Shown here one piece after another: positions 1 to 11,910 of a stretch of 64,000 nt of DNA; position 1 is the stretch's first letter; each line of letters opens with the position of its first letter. The translations under genes were made by a program, and so were the position numbers. Location of the stretch: NCBI RefSeq assembly GCF_006345805.1, contig NC_042999.1, forward strand, positions 158,038,001 through 158,102,000, read 5' to 3'. The DNA is from Octopus sinensis (lineage: Eukaryota). The notes beneath the pieces are model-generated. The model saw only the letters and a program-made list of their open reading frames with translations, was not told where the DNA came from and made no database searches.

Positions 1-244
1 CCTTTCATTACATTCCCGAATTTTTATTAGGATTATCAGCACCTTTAGTTGCTAAACCGTGACTTGCGTGGTGACTGTCAGCTTATCGAAATTTCCTTGG
101 ATTTCAATATGGGACGAAGTGTGTCACTTACGATGGTTGATAAACTAGTGTAATGTCTATATTTTGTTATCTATACTAGCTCTGTGTTTGCTTCAAGCTT
201 ACAAACTTACTACTCTGGGATCTTGGATCGTACATACTTATTAC

Positions 245-306
<62 letters not shown>

Positions 307-354
307 AATATTCCTACATATACATACACACATGTATGTATGTGTGTATGTATG

Positions 355-388
<34 letters not shown>

Positions 389-415
389 TGTATGTATGTA
401 TGTATGTATGTGAAA

Positions 416-600
416 GCGCATGACTGAGTGGTTAGAGCGTCAGGCTTACAATCACGAGTGTGAGTTCGATTCTCTGACCTGGCTGTGTGCTATGCTCTTA
501 AGCAAGACATTTTATTTCACGTTGCGCTAGTTCACTCACCTGTAAAAATAAGTGGCAACATCGCTAGTGCCAAGCGGTATCGACCTTTACTTTCCACCTT
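416..600 (+). mobile_element. Old tRNA-derived SINE
   Basis: A-box-like TGACTGAGTGG and B-box GTTCGATTC, followed by a CTCTTAAGCAAGACA segment typical of the SINE post-tRNA region. Confidence 0.55.
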
Positions 601-1211
601 TGAGAACATCGGTGGCAAAGAGAGAGTAGACTGAAACGATTTGCGAGTTATTAATCTAGAAGACCAGTGTAACGACAGGTGTCTTCTACGTTCCTCTACA
701 CTTAAGAGTGGCTCTTGAACTTAACAGAGAAAGCTAATGAATTTCTCGGTAAGTATATACTACATACAGCAGTGAGATTTACCTCCTCACTTCTCAGTAG
801 ATACTTCAAAGCTAAGTAAACTAAACCCAGAGGGTTATGTCCATAAAGCTATTGTCAGAAATCAACACCAGCAATAATTTATGAACATTTCTCTCGTTGG
901 TCGTTATGTGTCGGAAGTAACTCTATTGATTCTAGAATAGTATTAGAATCTGCAGCACTTGCTGTACTGAAATAAATAAAAAGGATACTTTTCCTTGCAG
1001 AATAGGTGAAACGGTTTCCGAAAGTTGATGAGTGATTTATAGTAAATGAGGAGTTTGAAAATTCCAAAACACATTGCTTTCATGAATTATTGAAGAATAA
1101 CAATATATCTTCAAATTCAAAGAGACACGAAATGTGCTTGAGAAGTGTCTATCCAATAAACGTTTATATAATGCTTGCCTTTCGTTGAAACATTAATTTC
1201 CTGCAGTTTTG

Positions 1212-1244
<33 letters not shown>

Positions 1245-1408
1245 TGTATGTATGTATGTATGTATGTATGTATCTATCTATCTATATCTATCTATCTATC
1301 TGTATACGTATGTATGTATGTATCTATCTATCCATCTATCCATCTATCTATCCATCTATCTATCTATATCTATCTATCTATCTACCTACCTACCTACCTA
1401 CCTACCTG

Positions 1409-1478
<70 letters not shown>

Positions 1479-1621
1479 GTCTATCTGTGCGTGTGTGTGC
1501 ATATACAAGTGTGCTGTGCTGGTGCGTGAGTTTGTGTGTCTTTTGCGTGTGTATCTATAATATGCATGTGCGTATGTGCGTATCTCACTCTCTCTTTACC
1601 TCTCTCTGTCTGTCTGTCTGC

Positions 1622-1671
<50 letters not shown>

Positions 1672-1723
1672 GAAAAAACAAGTCAAGATAGAAAATGCTA
1701 AAATAATTTTATAAAGAACATTT

Positions 1724-1761
1724 CAGTACCGGTTTCAGTCGTTTTGAGACCTTTTCAACTG
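1724..1761 (-). ncRNA. Minimal type I hammerhead ribozyme, U3-A8 core variant
   Basis: Minus strand reads cag-UUGAAAA-gguc(ucaaaac)gacu-GAAAC-CG-GUA-cug. Stem I cag/cug, stem II gguc/gacu, palindromic stem III ACCGGU, GUA cleavage triplet. Confidence 0.6.
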
Positions 1762-1897
1762 TAACGATTAAATAATTAAATTTAGAAAAATTAAAAGAAA
1801 AGTTTTTTTAAAGAATATTTGTATAGTGTTCAAATATAAGTGGCATTTTCCTTGTTTCTGCCTTTCTCTGTCTCTCTTGTTTACACTTATATGTAAA

Positions 1898-1938
<41 letters not shown>

Positions 1939-2145
1939 TTGAATAATTGAATGAATTATCTTATTAAGGATAATTCGAAAGATAACCGATACCTGGGTAG
2001 CAAATTCACATCAGAAAGAACACGGTTGAAGCTACGTCCATAGGGCATAGACTACGTGTCTTCGTGCGGAAATTTGTATGTTTATTTTAAAATTATAAGT
2101 ATATGAAAGAATGGAGTTGAACGACTAGTTAACAAATATCCTTTA

Positions 2146-2228
2146 TTCTCGACATATGTTTCGAAGGCTGCATATTCCTAATTCCGAAGGAATAAGGAGT
2201 ACATTATGCAGATTTCTCATCAGGAAAA
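2146..2228 (-). ncRNA. Type I hammerhead ribozyme with canonical core
   Basis: Minus strand reads uuuuc-CUGAUGA-gaa(aucugcaua...uaugcagcc)uuc-GAAAC-AUAU-GUC-gagaa. Stem I is 5 bp with one GU pair, stem II is extended (cugcaua/uaugcag), stem III is the palindrome ACAUAUGU. Confidence 0.8.
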
Positions 2229-2318
2229 TCAAGGAACTTATGTCGACATCAAAATGCACAAAAAACTTTTAGCTGACCGGTCTCATTGTGCATTTTGATG
2301 TCGACATAAGTTCCTTGA

Positions 2319-2401
2319 TTTTCCTGATAAGAAATCTGCATAATATACTCCTTATTCCTTCGGAATTAGGAATATGCAGCCTTCGAAACATATGTCGAGA
2401 A
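2319..2401 (+). ncRNA. Type I hammerhead ribozyme, inverted copy with G8A core mutation
   Basis: Same fold as 2146-2228, but the core reads CTGATAA at 2324-2330. Confidence 0.7.
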
Positions 2402-2515
2402 TAAAGGATACTTGTTAACTAGTCGTTCAACTCCATTCTTTCATATACTTATATATATATATATATACAAAAATATATATATACATAAATATATATTATA
2501 TATATATATATATAT

Positions 2516-2550
<35 letters not shown>

Positions 2551-2574
2551 ATATATATATATATATATACATAC

Positions 2575-2609
<35 letters not shown>

Positions 2610-3775
2610 CATAAATATATATATATATATATATATTTATGTGACTTGTTTGTTGGGCTCACGATCGTTACTTCGTTTATTCAAATTCCAGATCATGTGT
2701 CACATCTTGCTCTTGAGCAAGGCACTTCGTTATTCTCCAATCTACCAACTGAAAATATCTAGCTAAGAAAAGTGGGGCCATTTCTGCAATGGGTATTTCA
2801 GTGGGGAGACATGTGCTCTCAGTCGCTTAAGCCATATTATACACTCGAGGTTGTTATATTGCCATTGTTTTCATAAATCTCCTCTTTGAGCTTCCACTCG
2901 AACCATGAAATTTTTTAAATCCACATAAGAAACCCAGTATAAATACTATTAAGGTGATGTTGAAGCTCCTTCTTCATACACCTGGTTTGGGCTCTAAATA
3001 GAAGAGGAGAATGCTCGGTACACATAGAGAACGAAAACCACTCAACTACTTTAATATTATTGGCAGAAACAATATGAAACTGAGGATCCATCAAAGCTAC
3101 TGAGAGACAGATTCCTGGTGCAACATTCTCGGCTGCGGCTGTTCGACGAAGAAAATTAAAGTTACAAACAAGTGTTCAAATAAGTGCCTATATGGAAATT
3201 GTTCTTTTATTTTTTCTAAAGAAAGGTGAATTATTCTAGCACCAGTTGATATTAAACAAAACGTTTAATCATCAAATAAGTATGGCAGAAGCCAATTATT
3301 CGAATTCTCTGGATAGACATTCTTTCATCGCAACCAACAACAACAAAACATACCTTCACACGTGCACCCGTGCGAACACATATACGTACATACATATGCC
3401 TATGTATCTATGTGTGTGTGCGTGTGTGTAAGATGTATATAAAAGATTCGGAAAGAGAAATAACAAGAGAATATGAGGCAGTGTAAACAGAAACTGCTGC
3501 GGTATTTTAACGTTTCTGGGAAAAGTACGCTAGTTGTACTTTCGGAATTTGGTGCAGTGGCTGAAGTCTAAAACCAGGTGGATATTTTACTTATCTAAGA
3601 GAGGTTTCTTGAGCGTAGTGACCGAGTCCACGATCATCTAACGATTTCCGTTTCCTTACATCAAAACCGTATTTAGTGTCAACATTTCACTCTAGTATTC
3701 ACTTCTCATTTGATGTTGATAAAAAGAACTTCTTTTGGTCATAAGTGTAATATTTTTGATTTTCTTTTCGTTTAG

Positions 3776-4396
3776 GGATAACATGGATAGCAAGTGAAGC
3801 ATGGGCAGGACGTGGTGAATTTCTGACCTTACCACCACACATTATGCAAGGTATAATTGGCGTTACATTAAATTCACAGACTCACAAATTGCCGGACGAA
3901 TACCCGGTAAAAATTCATCCAGGACGAAACAAATGGTTGTTGCCTTTCCTCTGCCAGCAATACAACATTGCAGTTGATTGTTCTTTGAAAAAGTTACAAA
4001 ATATTTCAGACTTCCCTCGGAATTTAACTTCGTTTTATGATTGCTTCCCAGTTTCATTAAATTTCATCTGGACTTATATGTTCGACGCAATTTATACGAT
4101 TGCCAAAGGATTACACAATCTTTTAGAAGTAAAAAAATGTGAAAACAAATCGGTGCCTACTATCAACTATTCAGAACTTCTTCAGAATTACAAAGACATT
4201 CGCTTTAAAGGTTTTTCTGCTGTCCCCATCCAATTTGATCGTTACGGAGAAGAAATAAATGCTCACTATGACATATTAACTTTACAGTTCAATGAATCAA
4301 TCAAAAAGTTAGAATATATCAATATTGGAAGCTGGCAGCAAGTTAACAGTGATACGTCGTTGACCATTAATCCTTCAGACATTCATTGGAATAAAG
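3776..4396 (+). CDS. Class C GPCR, internal exon encoding the C-terminal part of the Venus flytrap (ANF-receptor) domain
   Basis: Acceptor TTTTCTTTTCGTTTAG ends at 3775. The frame is open from 3778 and reads (G)ITWIASEAWAGRGEF...NKWLLPFLCQQY...DAIYTIAKGLHNLL...IQFDRYGE...YDIL...IGSW...IHWNKG. WIASEAW matches the CaSR/GPRC6A WLASEAW motif, and DAIYTIAKGLH matches the class C DAVYAxAHALH motif. Donor AAG|GTAT at 4396/4397, phase 1. Confidence 0.9.
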
Positions 4397-5179
4397 GTAT
4401 ATTTACTCTTTAAATTTCCTTTCCATAGAATATCAAATACATCGGATGCGTATGTTTTAAAGTTTGTTAAACATTTGAAAATATATATATTACCAGAAAG
4501 TATAGATTCATAATTGTTATGAAAGAATCTAATTAGTCCAAACAGTAGCCATCATCTCATATTTAACTAATAGAATTAAGAAGTTGATTAATAATGTTGC
4601 CTTTACTTACTTTCTAATATATCTTTCTGACATCGATTTGTTGATTAAAAATAAGCGCCATGCGAAGAATAATTTATCCAAGACAAGCGACTGTTGTCTG
4701 ATATCTATTTAATATTAAACTAATACGCAATTGAAGAGAAATATTAATTTTGCTGGAATGAAATAAATGTCAACGAAACCAATGCAAAGTCCATCTCGCC
4801 AATATGAATGGAACGATAGTAAGCCAGAGATTGGCTGATTTTAAATAAAATGTATTATCAAATAACGTTGATAGATTTTGCTCGAAAATAAAAATCTTTC
4901 ATTATTTTTATAGTAATTTCTATAAAATTACTGCTGCTTATGCAATGTAAAGAGAGATATTTGTGTTGAAATGTCGTATCAGCTATTTCATTTTCCATTC
5001 CGTCCATGAAAACTTTCATTTACAGTATCTGTATTTTAATACAATTAACAGAAAACTAAAAGTAATGAAATCAAATTTCGTGACAAAAACATTTTAAAAA
5101 ACTATGTGTATTGAGACTATCATAAATTATATATATTGGAACCAATGCTGTGAATGTTATATGCATTGATTCATTTCAG
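4397..5179 (+). other. 783-bp GT-AG phase-1 intron of the class C GPCR
   Basis: Starts GTATAT and ends TTTCAG. Splicing restores the reading frame and the conserved W-x(2)-G-x(2)-P-x-S-x-CS junction. Confidence 0.88.
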
Positions 5180-6276
5180 GAGTAAAGCCGATGTCAAGAT
5201 GTTCAGTTCCTTGTGGAAAAGGCTATAAACGCAAAATCGGATCACAGTCATGTTGTTGGGTTTGTGAAAAATGTCCTCCTGGCTGGGTTTCAACGAGTAA
5301 TATTTCATATAAATGCTTACGATGTGAATATTTGAAACACCCTAATGATGATAACAGTGAGTGTGTTGATGATAAACGTACATGGTTCTCCTATGATTCC
5401 CCTGGTGGGATTATTATAATCTTACTTTGTTGTGTTGGAGAATTGTTTAGTGTAACGCTTTTACTTCTTTTCTCAAAGCATAGGAACCATAATTTGTATA
5501 TTGGAATGTCATTCAAATTCTTATCCTTTCTTGTTGCAACTTTTGGTTTTCTTTTACCTTTCACTTTCTTACAGCGACACTTAGATATTATTTGTCATAT
5601 TAATATTATATGTTTACAATTATTTTATGCCCTACATTTATCTCTCATGTTTTACAGCATCGGTACAATCCGTCACTACGTTGGACATTTAAATAGACTT
5701 TTTAAAAATATTCCACTAAAAGGCAAGAATAAAAAAGATAAATCCAATGAAATGAATCATATAACATTTAATACAGACACTAAGTGCTGCAGTTTAAATT
5801 GCATAAATATGGGAAGTTTTGTTTTTATTCTCACTGTTCTGCTACGAATTTCTCCATTAGCATTTAATGGACTACAAATGCCCGCGCAAGTAGTTATCAA
5901 AAAAGTTTCAACAAATAATATTTTTCTTTACTGTAGATCAAAAGATTGGGATTTTTACTTCGCCTTGCTTTATGAGGCCATAATGCTTTGTTTGATTCTA
6001 TTGTTCTCAAACAAAAGTCGGAATTCTACTAGCAACAATGATATTTACCAAAATGGATCAACTATTTACGACAATGATAAAATAATATATTACGAAGCTT
6101 TCCTCATTGCTTTAGTGTGTTTTACTTTTACCCCATTCGAACGCTTTGAAAGTAAACCATGGATAGCTACTATACTTCAATCGACAGCAGTAATAATTAT
6201 ACAATATATCTTTGTTGTCTCTACTTACGGTACAAAACTGTACGTCATCTACAGAGAACGAAACAAAAGAAAATAG
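5180..6276 (+). CDS. Class C GPCR, terminal exon encoding the nine-cysteine domain (NCD3G) and 7TM domain
   Basis: Acceptor TTTCAG ends at 5179. The phase-1 join gives WNKG-VKPMSRCSVPCGKG...SCCWVCEKCPPG...KCLRCEY...NSECV with all 9 Cys. Seven hydrophobic segments follow, with the TM3 Cys (DIIC), ECL2 Cys (LYCRSK) and a TM7 YGTKLY motif (FxPKxY-like). Stop TAG at 6274-6276. No stops or frameshifts across both exons (~572 aa). Confidence 0.92.
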
Positions 6277-7522
6277 CCGAATTGTATATCAAAATAAGTG
6301 TTCGTGTATAGACAGAAAAATTTCCGAAGTTTTGAAACCTATTAATTTCCGAAGTTTTGAAACCTATTAATTTGTGCTTTGATAATGGACTCACAAAGAA
6401 TTCGGATTTTGTTAGGTTGTTGCTTAATTTTGAATCTTGCTTTTGTCAATGTATAAACATTGTTTTCAAGAACTGGAAAGTAGTTTCAGTCGATATAATC
6501 ATAAAATCATAAAATCAAAGCAGTGATAAGTGTCATTGTAGTGCTAGACTAATAGTAGATTGGATTAAAATACTGTAGTTGAAATATATATATCAAATTA
6601 TAATATTGGCGACGGAAAATATTAGCTTAGTGATGGTGTTACAAAAGATAACACCATAGTTGTAGAAAGTAAAGTATTAAAGAAGTTAGCGCAATAATAT
6701 CAAATTAGATTAGATATTTATTTATTGGAAATGGTTTGTTTTTGTTGATTTTTCCTTATAGAAAGACTTCGGCCCATTTGCTTGACAAATTGAGAGGATC
6801 GAACAAACAAAATGTATGAATAATTATAAAGCTTTATATTGTTGGAAAAATACTATCAAACAAATTAGTGAAGTTTAAAATTTATGTTAATCACGAAGGA
6901 GTTGAAAAAATTATGGGTAAAGGTCTTTAAAGAAAATAAATTAAAGATATATAGAAACGCATGTGATAAGATATTATGTATTTGGCTTGAATTTACCGCC
7001 AGCAAAAGTCAAGTCCAAAGATAAATATAAAGGGACCAAAAATTGCTTAATATATTCCACATAATATTAAGATACTTCAGGCATCATATAGATCTTTATA
7101 TAGTAAATGGCTTACTTTCCTTCTACCGTTTCAATTAAATAATAACATTCACTTAGTAAAAACAGTATTACACTTCAATAAGTTCAAACTACTCTATTTC
7201 TTCAATATAAATGTGTGAATTTATGTTAATAATGAATTCATTATTCTAATAAAATAAAAACGGTGAATAGGTACTTTTCCTTTTATGCTTTTTTTTTTCT
7301 TACTTCAGATCTCAGTGTTTACTTTGATTATTCTAAGATTGTTAGTATAAGCAAACGTAATATATAATAGGTTTAATCAATCCATTATATCCCTAAACTT
7401 CAACAGAAATCGGATTATGCGATGTCGAAACATTAAGCAATAAGAAATATCAAAATTACACGTTGAAGTCACGACTCACAACTTTTCTTTTGCAAATATA
7501 CTAAAGGAAATATCATAACGCA

Positions 7523-7524
<2 letters not shown>

Positions 7525-7612
<88 letters not shown>

Positions 7613-7644
7613 CCTGTCTGTATATCTGTCTATCTATCTATCTA

Positions 7645-7719
<75 letters not shown>

Positions 7720-7751
7720 ATATCTATCTATCTATCTGTCTATCTACCTAC

Positions 7752-7841
<90 letters not shown>

Positions 7842-7870
7842 GTCTGTATGTCTGTCTGTCTGCCTGTCTC
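7525..7870. repeat. (ATCT)n/(GTCT)n microsatellite
   Basis: Tandem tetranucleotide array visible directly. Confidence 0.95.
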
Positions 7871-8675
7871 TCTGTCTATTTGTATATGTTGTGTGTATAA
7901 ATATGTGTACATGTGTATATATATACATATATGTGTGAGTGAGTGTGTGTGAATGTTGCGTGTGAGTGTGTGAGTGTGTGCGTGCGTGTGTATGTGAATG
8001 TGTGTGTGTGCGTGTATGTGTGTGTGAGTGTTAAGTTTTACTAACAATTCAGTTAAAATTATGGGTTTTCTCGTTATAATCGTTTTTCTTGTTAAATGAA
8101 CCAGTCTAAATTATAAAGCTACAGAAAAATTTACCATAAACAGACACCTGATCATGTAAAGAAGTTGAATAAAGAAATAATCTGATTATGTAAAGAAGTT
8201 GAATAAAGAATAAAATTAATCTTTATAAGTTTCTTACTATTGCTAAAGTAGAGACATATGTTTAACACCTAAATTGGAAAATAACACGAGAAAGAAATGA
8301 GACTCTACTTTAGAAGAGTGTTGTTGTTATTAACTAGTGCAGAAATTTACATATGTAAAATAGCGAGTTGGCAATCACACCATAGTAAAATCATTTAAGC
8401 AATTATTAGACAACAACCTCCTCTAGGAGTGTTTAAAATGTAAAAAAAAAAACAAAAAAAAAAAACAAATAGAACAGTAATCGGGATAACTCTAATAAGA
8501 TCAATTGATCAAAAGTTTAAAATAATAACGTCAAAGCAGATTAGAGTTCATCTGGTCTTTAAAACCAACTAGTGAACACGATGAGCACCTTTTAGTATTA
8601 TTAAACTTCTTTAGCGGATCATATTCTACTCATTTGACAAGAAGTAAGGGTCTTGGATGCTTGACAGACAAACTT

Positions 8676-9095
8676 GGATCTTTTCGGTTTGAACGGCAGT
8701 TTTTAACATAATTTCTAGGTAACTAAAAAATTTTAAACTTCGTATACTGGTAGAATGTGTTTATAAAACATCTTTTTCTCTTGGCTTTATTGAGAAAATT
8801 CTATAGTTTGTAAGATATTTGTTGTTTTGTTTTTTCAATTTCTGCAATTTCAACCAATCAATGACGTCCATTGAGGTAAAAAACATTCTGTGCCGTATGA
8901 CTATATCCCTCGTTTAAGAAACAGATTGGGTTTATTTACATTTGTGAAGAAAACAAGATACCCTTCCCCTAACCCTAACTAACACTAACCTTAAAACACA
9001 TTGAAATGCAATAGATCGATACTAGGGTCATAATTATGAGTGACAATTTCATATGACACTGCTAGAAAAAACTGCCGTTCAAACCGAAAAGGTCC
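8676..9095. mobile_element. MITE (~420 bp) with ~29-bp terminal inverted repeats
   Basis: GGATCTTTTCGGTTTGAACGGCAGTTTTT at the left end and AAAAACTGCCGTTCAAACCGAAAAGGTCC at the right (1 mismatch). No clear TSD. Confidence 0.8.
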
Positions 9096-9762
9096 ACAAC
9101 CTTTCTTCTTATCTATATAAAATAAGATTATTTTGCAATGAAGTAATATGGATGATGGAGATCGACCTTGTTGTAGAATGTTGCTGATCAACACAAAGAG
9201 CAGCAAATACTTCCTCAAATCATATTCCCCTTTCTTGAAAAGTGAAACATTAAATAATGGGTTCCCATGTACCCTATGTCCAAATGAAGACAGAGCGGCT
9301 ATGGATAGAACCGTTCTAGGTCAAAACTGCACTGGAGATAATCAACAACATCCACAACGACACCAAAAACAACAACAATATAACATTACTGTTCGTACTT
9401 TGAGAAAAACTATTTTATGCAAATATCCAATCTTTTAAATTGTCAATATCGAAATGAAAGGGTTTCAACAAAAATGTGTTTACATCGTGTACGTTTTATC
9501 ACAGAAAAGAAACAATATTTTAAAGAAATACATTCCAGATGCTGCAAAGTGATGAAATTAATTTGATTTAATAAAATACATATTACTTTTTCTTTGTACT
9601 GTTATCGATTTTGCCTTCTAATGCAAATTTATATGGTTTAAAATTATTGTTTTTTCTTAACTTATAAATTGCCAAGAGTTAATTACATTGAAAGATAAAT
9701 CCAGAAAGCTGTTAAAGAGGTCACGTGTTAATTTAAAATTCTATTTTCAAATACTAATTTAT

Positions 9763-9990
9763 CCTATACAACTATAACAAAAAATATTTTAGAAATTCTT
9801 AGACTAATGAGAAAACCTATCATCATAATTCAGATAATGAGAAATTGAAATAAATTAACATTTCATATAGAAGCTATCCTATACAACTTTACCAAAAATT
9901 ATTTAAGAAATTCTTAGACTAATGAGAAAACCTATCATCATAATTCAGATAATGAGAAATTGAAATAAATTAACATTTCATATAGAAGCT
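9763..9990. repeat. Tandem duplication of a ~113-bp unit
   Basis: cctatacaac...gactaatgagaaaacctatcatcataattcagataatgagaaattgaaataaattaacatttcatatagaagct occurs twice head-to-tail. Confidence 0.85.
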
Positions 9991-10401
9991 GTAATTGTTA
10001 GCTTACAGTTAGCTTTCAGAATCGTTAGAGCATCGGGGAAAATGCCTTGCCGTAATTGTTCCAACTCATTACATTCTGAGTTCAAATACCATCACAACTA
10101 ACTTCGGTTTTCATCTTTTCGGGGTAAATAAACAGTGAAGTGTTGGATTTCGATAGTCTTGTGCCAAAACCAAAAAGAATTAGACATCAGATGTTTTATG
10201 GCGAAAATTTAGCTCCTGGCAAAGAATTGCAACAGTGACGTGATTTCAAGCACGTTTACCATATTCTAATAATGGCCTTGGAAATGACCCGAACTGCACA
10301 AATTCTTTCATGAAGTCAATGCTGGTGACAAGTTGGTAGATATTTTAACATAGAAATGTGTGATATAAATAACTGGTTTTCAGTTGCATGTAAGATTGTT
10401 G

Positions 10402-10634
10402 AGAAGGCGGCGAGCTGGCAGAAACCTTAGCACGCCGGGCGAAACGCTTAGCGGTATTTCGTCTGCCGCTACGTTCTGAGTTCAAATTCCGCCAAGGTCG
10501 ACTTTGCCTTTCATCCTTCGGGGTCAATTAAATAAGTACCAGTTACGCACTAGGGTCGATATAATCGACTTAATCCGTTTGTCTGTCCTTGTTTGTCCTC
10601 TCTGTGTTTAGCCCCTTGTGGGTAGTAAAGAAAT
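10402..10634 (+). mobile_element. SINE family B (GGCGGCGAGCTGGCAGAA head), full length with 14-bp TSD
   Basis: TSD ATGTAAGATTGTTG at 10388-10401 and 10635-10648. Matches the copy at 29899-30130 and many degenerate copies at 54.5-56.9 kb. Confidence 0.85.
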
Positions 10635-11639
10635 ATGTAAGATTGTTGTGTGGGTAAAGTATTGGACTACACCAATACCATCAGAAAGTTGCATCAACTG
10701 GAAACTTATGTATTTTAATATGTTTCGGTACTTAATTTTATTCAACACAGGTTGGGAATAGAAACCACACGCTTTTTTAAAGCCTGTAACTTGGTTTTCA
10801 ACAAATTCTCTCTACATAGAAATTAACAAGTAACATTAATTTCAGGGGATCAATGACACAATAATAAATTCTTATTGAAATAATCCACATAAATGTTTTT
10901 AATTTATCTATATCTCACTGTCTAGAGTGTTATCTACGAGAATAAAGGAACACATATTTCTCTGTGAAATGCTTGATGCTGGAAATAATTATTGGAAAAT
11001 CAAACTTATAATCCTCGAATTAGGAAACAGTGGAGAAATGGTAAAAATGTTATGCAATGTTTAGCTCCCTCCTTTACTACATTCTGTGTTTAAATCCTGT
11101 CGAGGACTACTGTGCCTTTCTACACTATGGAGGATAAATCAGTCAAATGCATAACTTCATTACATATATGTTGCTCTGTACACATTTGAGAAATGTTGTA
11201 CGGAGATTAAATTGCAACTGAATCCTGTACAATGTGGAACGATGCAATTGCTAAGCAAAAAATCTTTATTCTTACGTGACACATCTCTCCATAAGCAGTA
11301 ACAGAAGTACACTAATACTTATATTTTCTGAGTAAATTAAAGAACATATATATTAAAAAAATAATAGTAATGACAAAGTGATTTAGTGTTTCAATTGATA
11401 AATACGGTGCTGAGTTTTAATCTTACAGTAAGTGCTGTTTAGAGGAAAGGGTGCTACACCGACTTATAAGGGCCGGTTTCCCGGTTTCATGGCGTATATA
11501 TTCCCCACCGGGACGGTCCATCGCAGAAAAATAGAGCTACAAAACACCCTGAAACACTGCCATAATAAAATGAGTTTCGGGGTAATTCAAATAACGTTGG
11601 AAAGAACGAACGGGTATATTTGACAAGTAATTTACTAAT

Positions 11640-11859
11640 CGAACAATTTGCTCGTGATCAGAGATGCACATATCGTCAGCCACTAAGGGACTTGCTCAAC
11701 TGGTTAAGGTCAAGCAACTGACAAGCAAATCTGTGGTATTGAGCAGAATATTTGCTGTAGCCCATCTTTTATACCAAGACAAAACAATGTACATGATAAC
11801 ACTTCCAATCAGTTAAGATCAGAAGCCATGAGAACCACTGCCTGGTACTGCATCAGGGC

Positions 11860-11860
<1 letters not shown>
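11640..11860 (+). mobile_element. Fragment of a LINE 3'-UTR-like interspersed repeat
   Basis: Contains gctcgtgatcagagatgcacatatcgtcagc...ggttaaggtcaa, whose reverse complement recurs at ~55475-55530. Confidence 0.5.

Positions 11861-11910
<50 letters not shown>

Larger units (their letters stand above)
2094..2453. repeat. Fold-back element with 168-bp inverted arms (2094-2261 / 2286-2453) and a 24-bp spacer, Penelope-like terminus type
   Basis: The arms are near-identical reverse complements; a (TA)n tract follows immediately. Confidence 0.9.

Noticed and set aside
640-755. Strong donor CTCG|GTAAGT as a possible upstream GPCR exon
   Set aside because: The phase-1 frame needed to join exon 3776 has an in-frame TAA shortly upstream and no flytrap motifs. 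No 5' GPCR exon was identified in 1-3775.
5191-6276. Identification as an mGluR orthologue or an octopus chemotactile receptor
   Set aside because: Key mGluR residues appear absent, and chemotactile receptors are Cys-loop ion channels rather than GPCRs. No gene symbol was assigned.
9148-9438. 96-aa ORF and an ALEIINN string suggesting a tandem class C paralogue
   Set aside because: The string lies in a frame with stops on both sides, and no GGLF or other N-terminal class C motifs are present.
9763-9990. CRISPR-like or functional repeat array
   Set aside because: It is a simple two-unit tandem duplication with no repeat-spacer structure, in a eukaryotic context.
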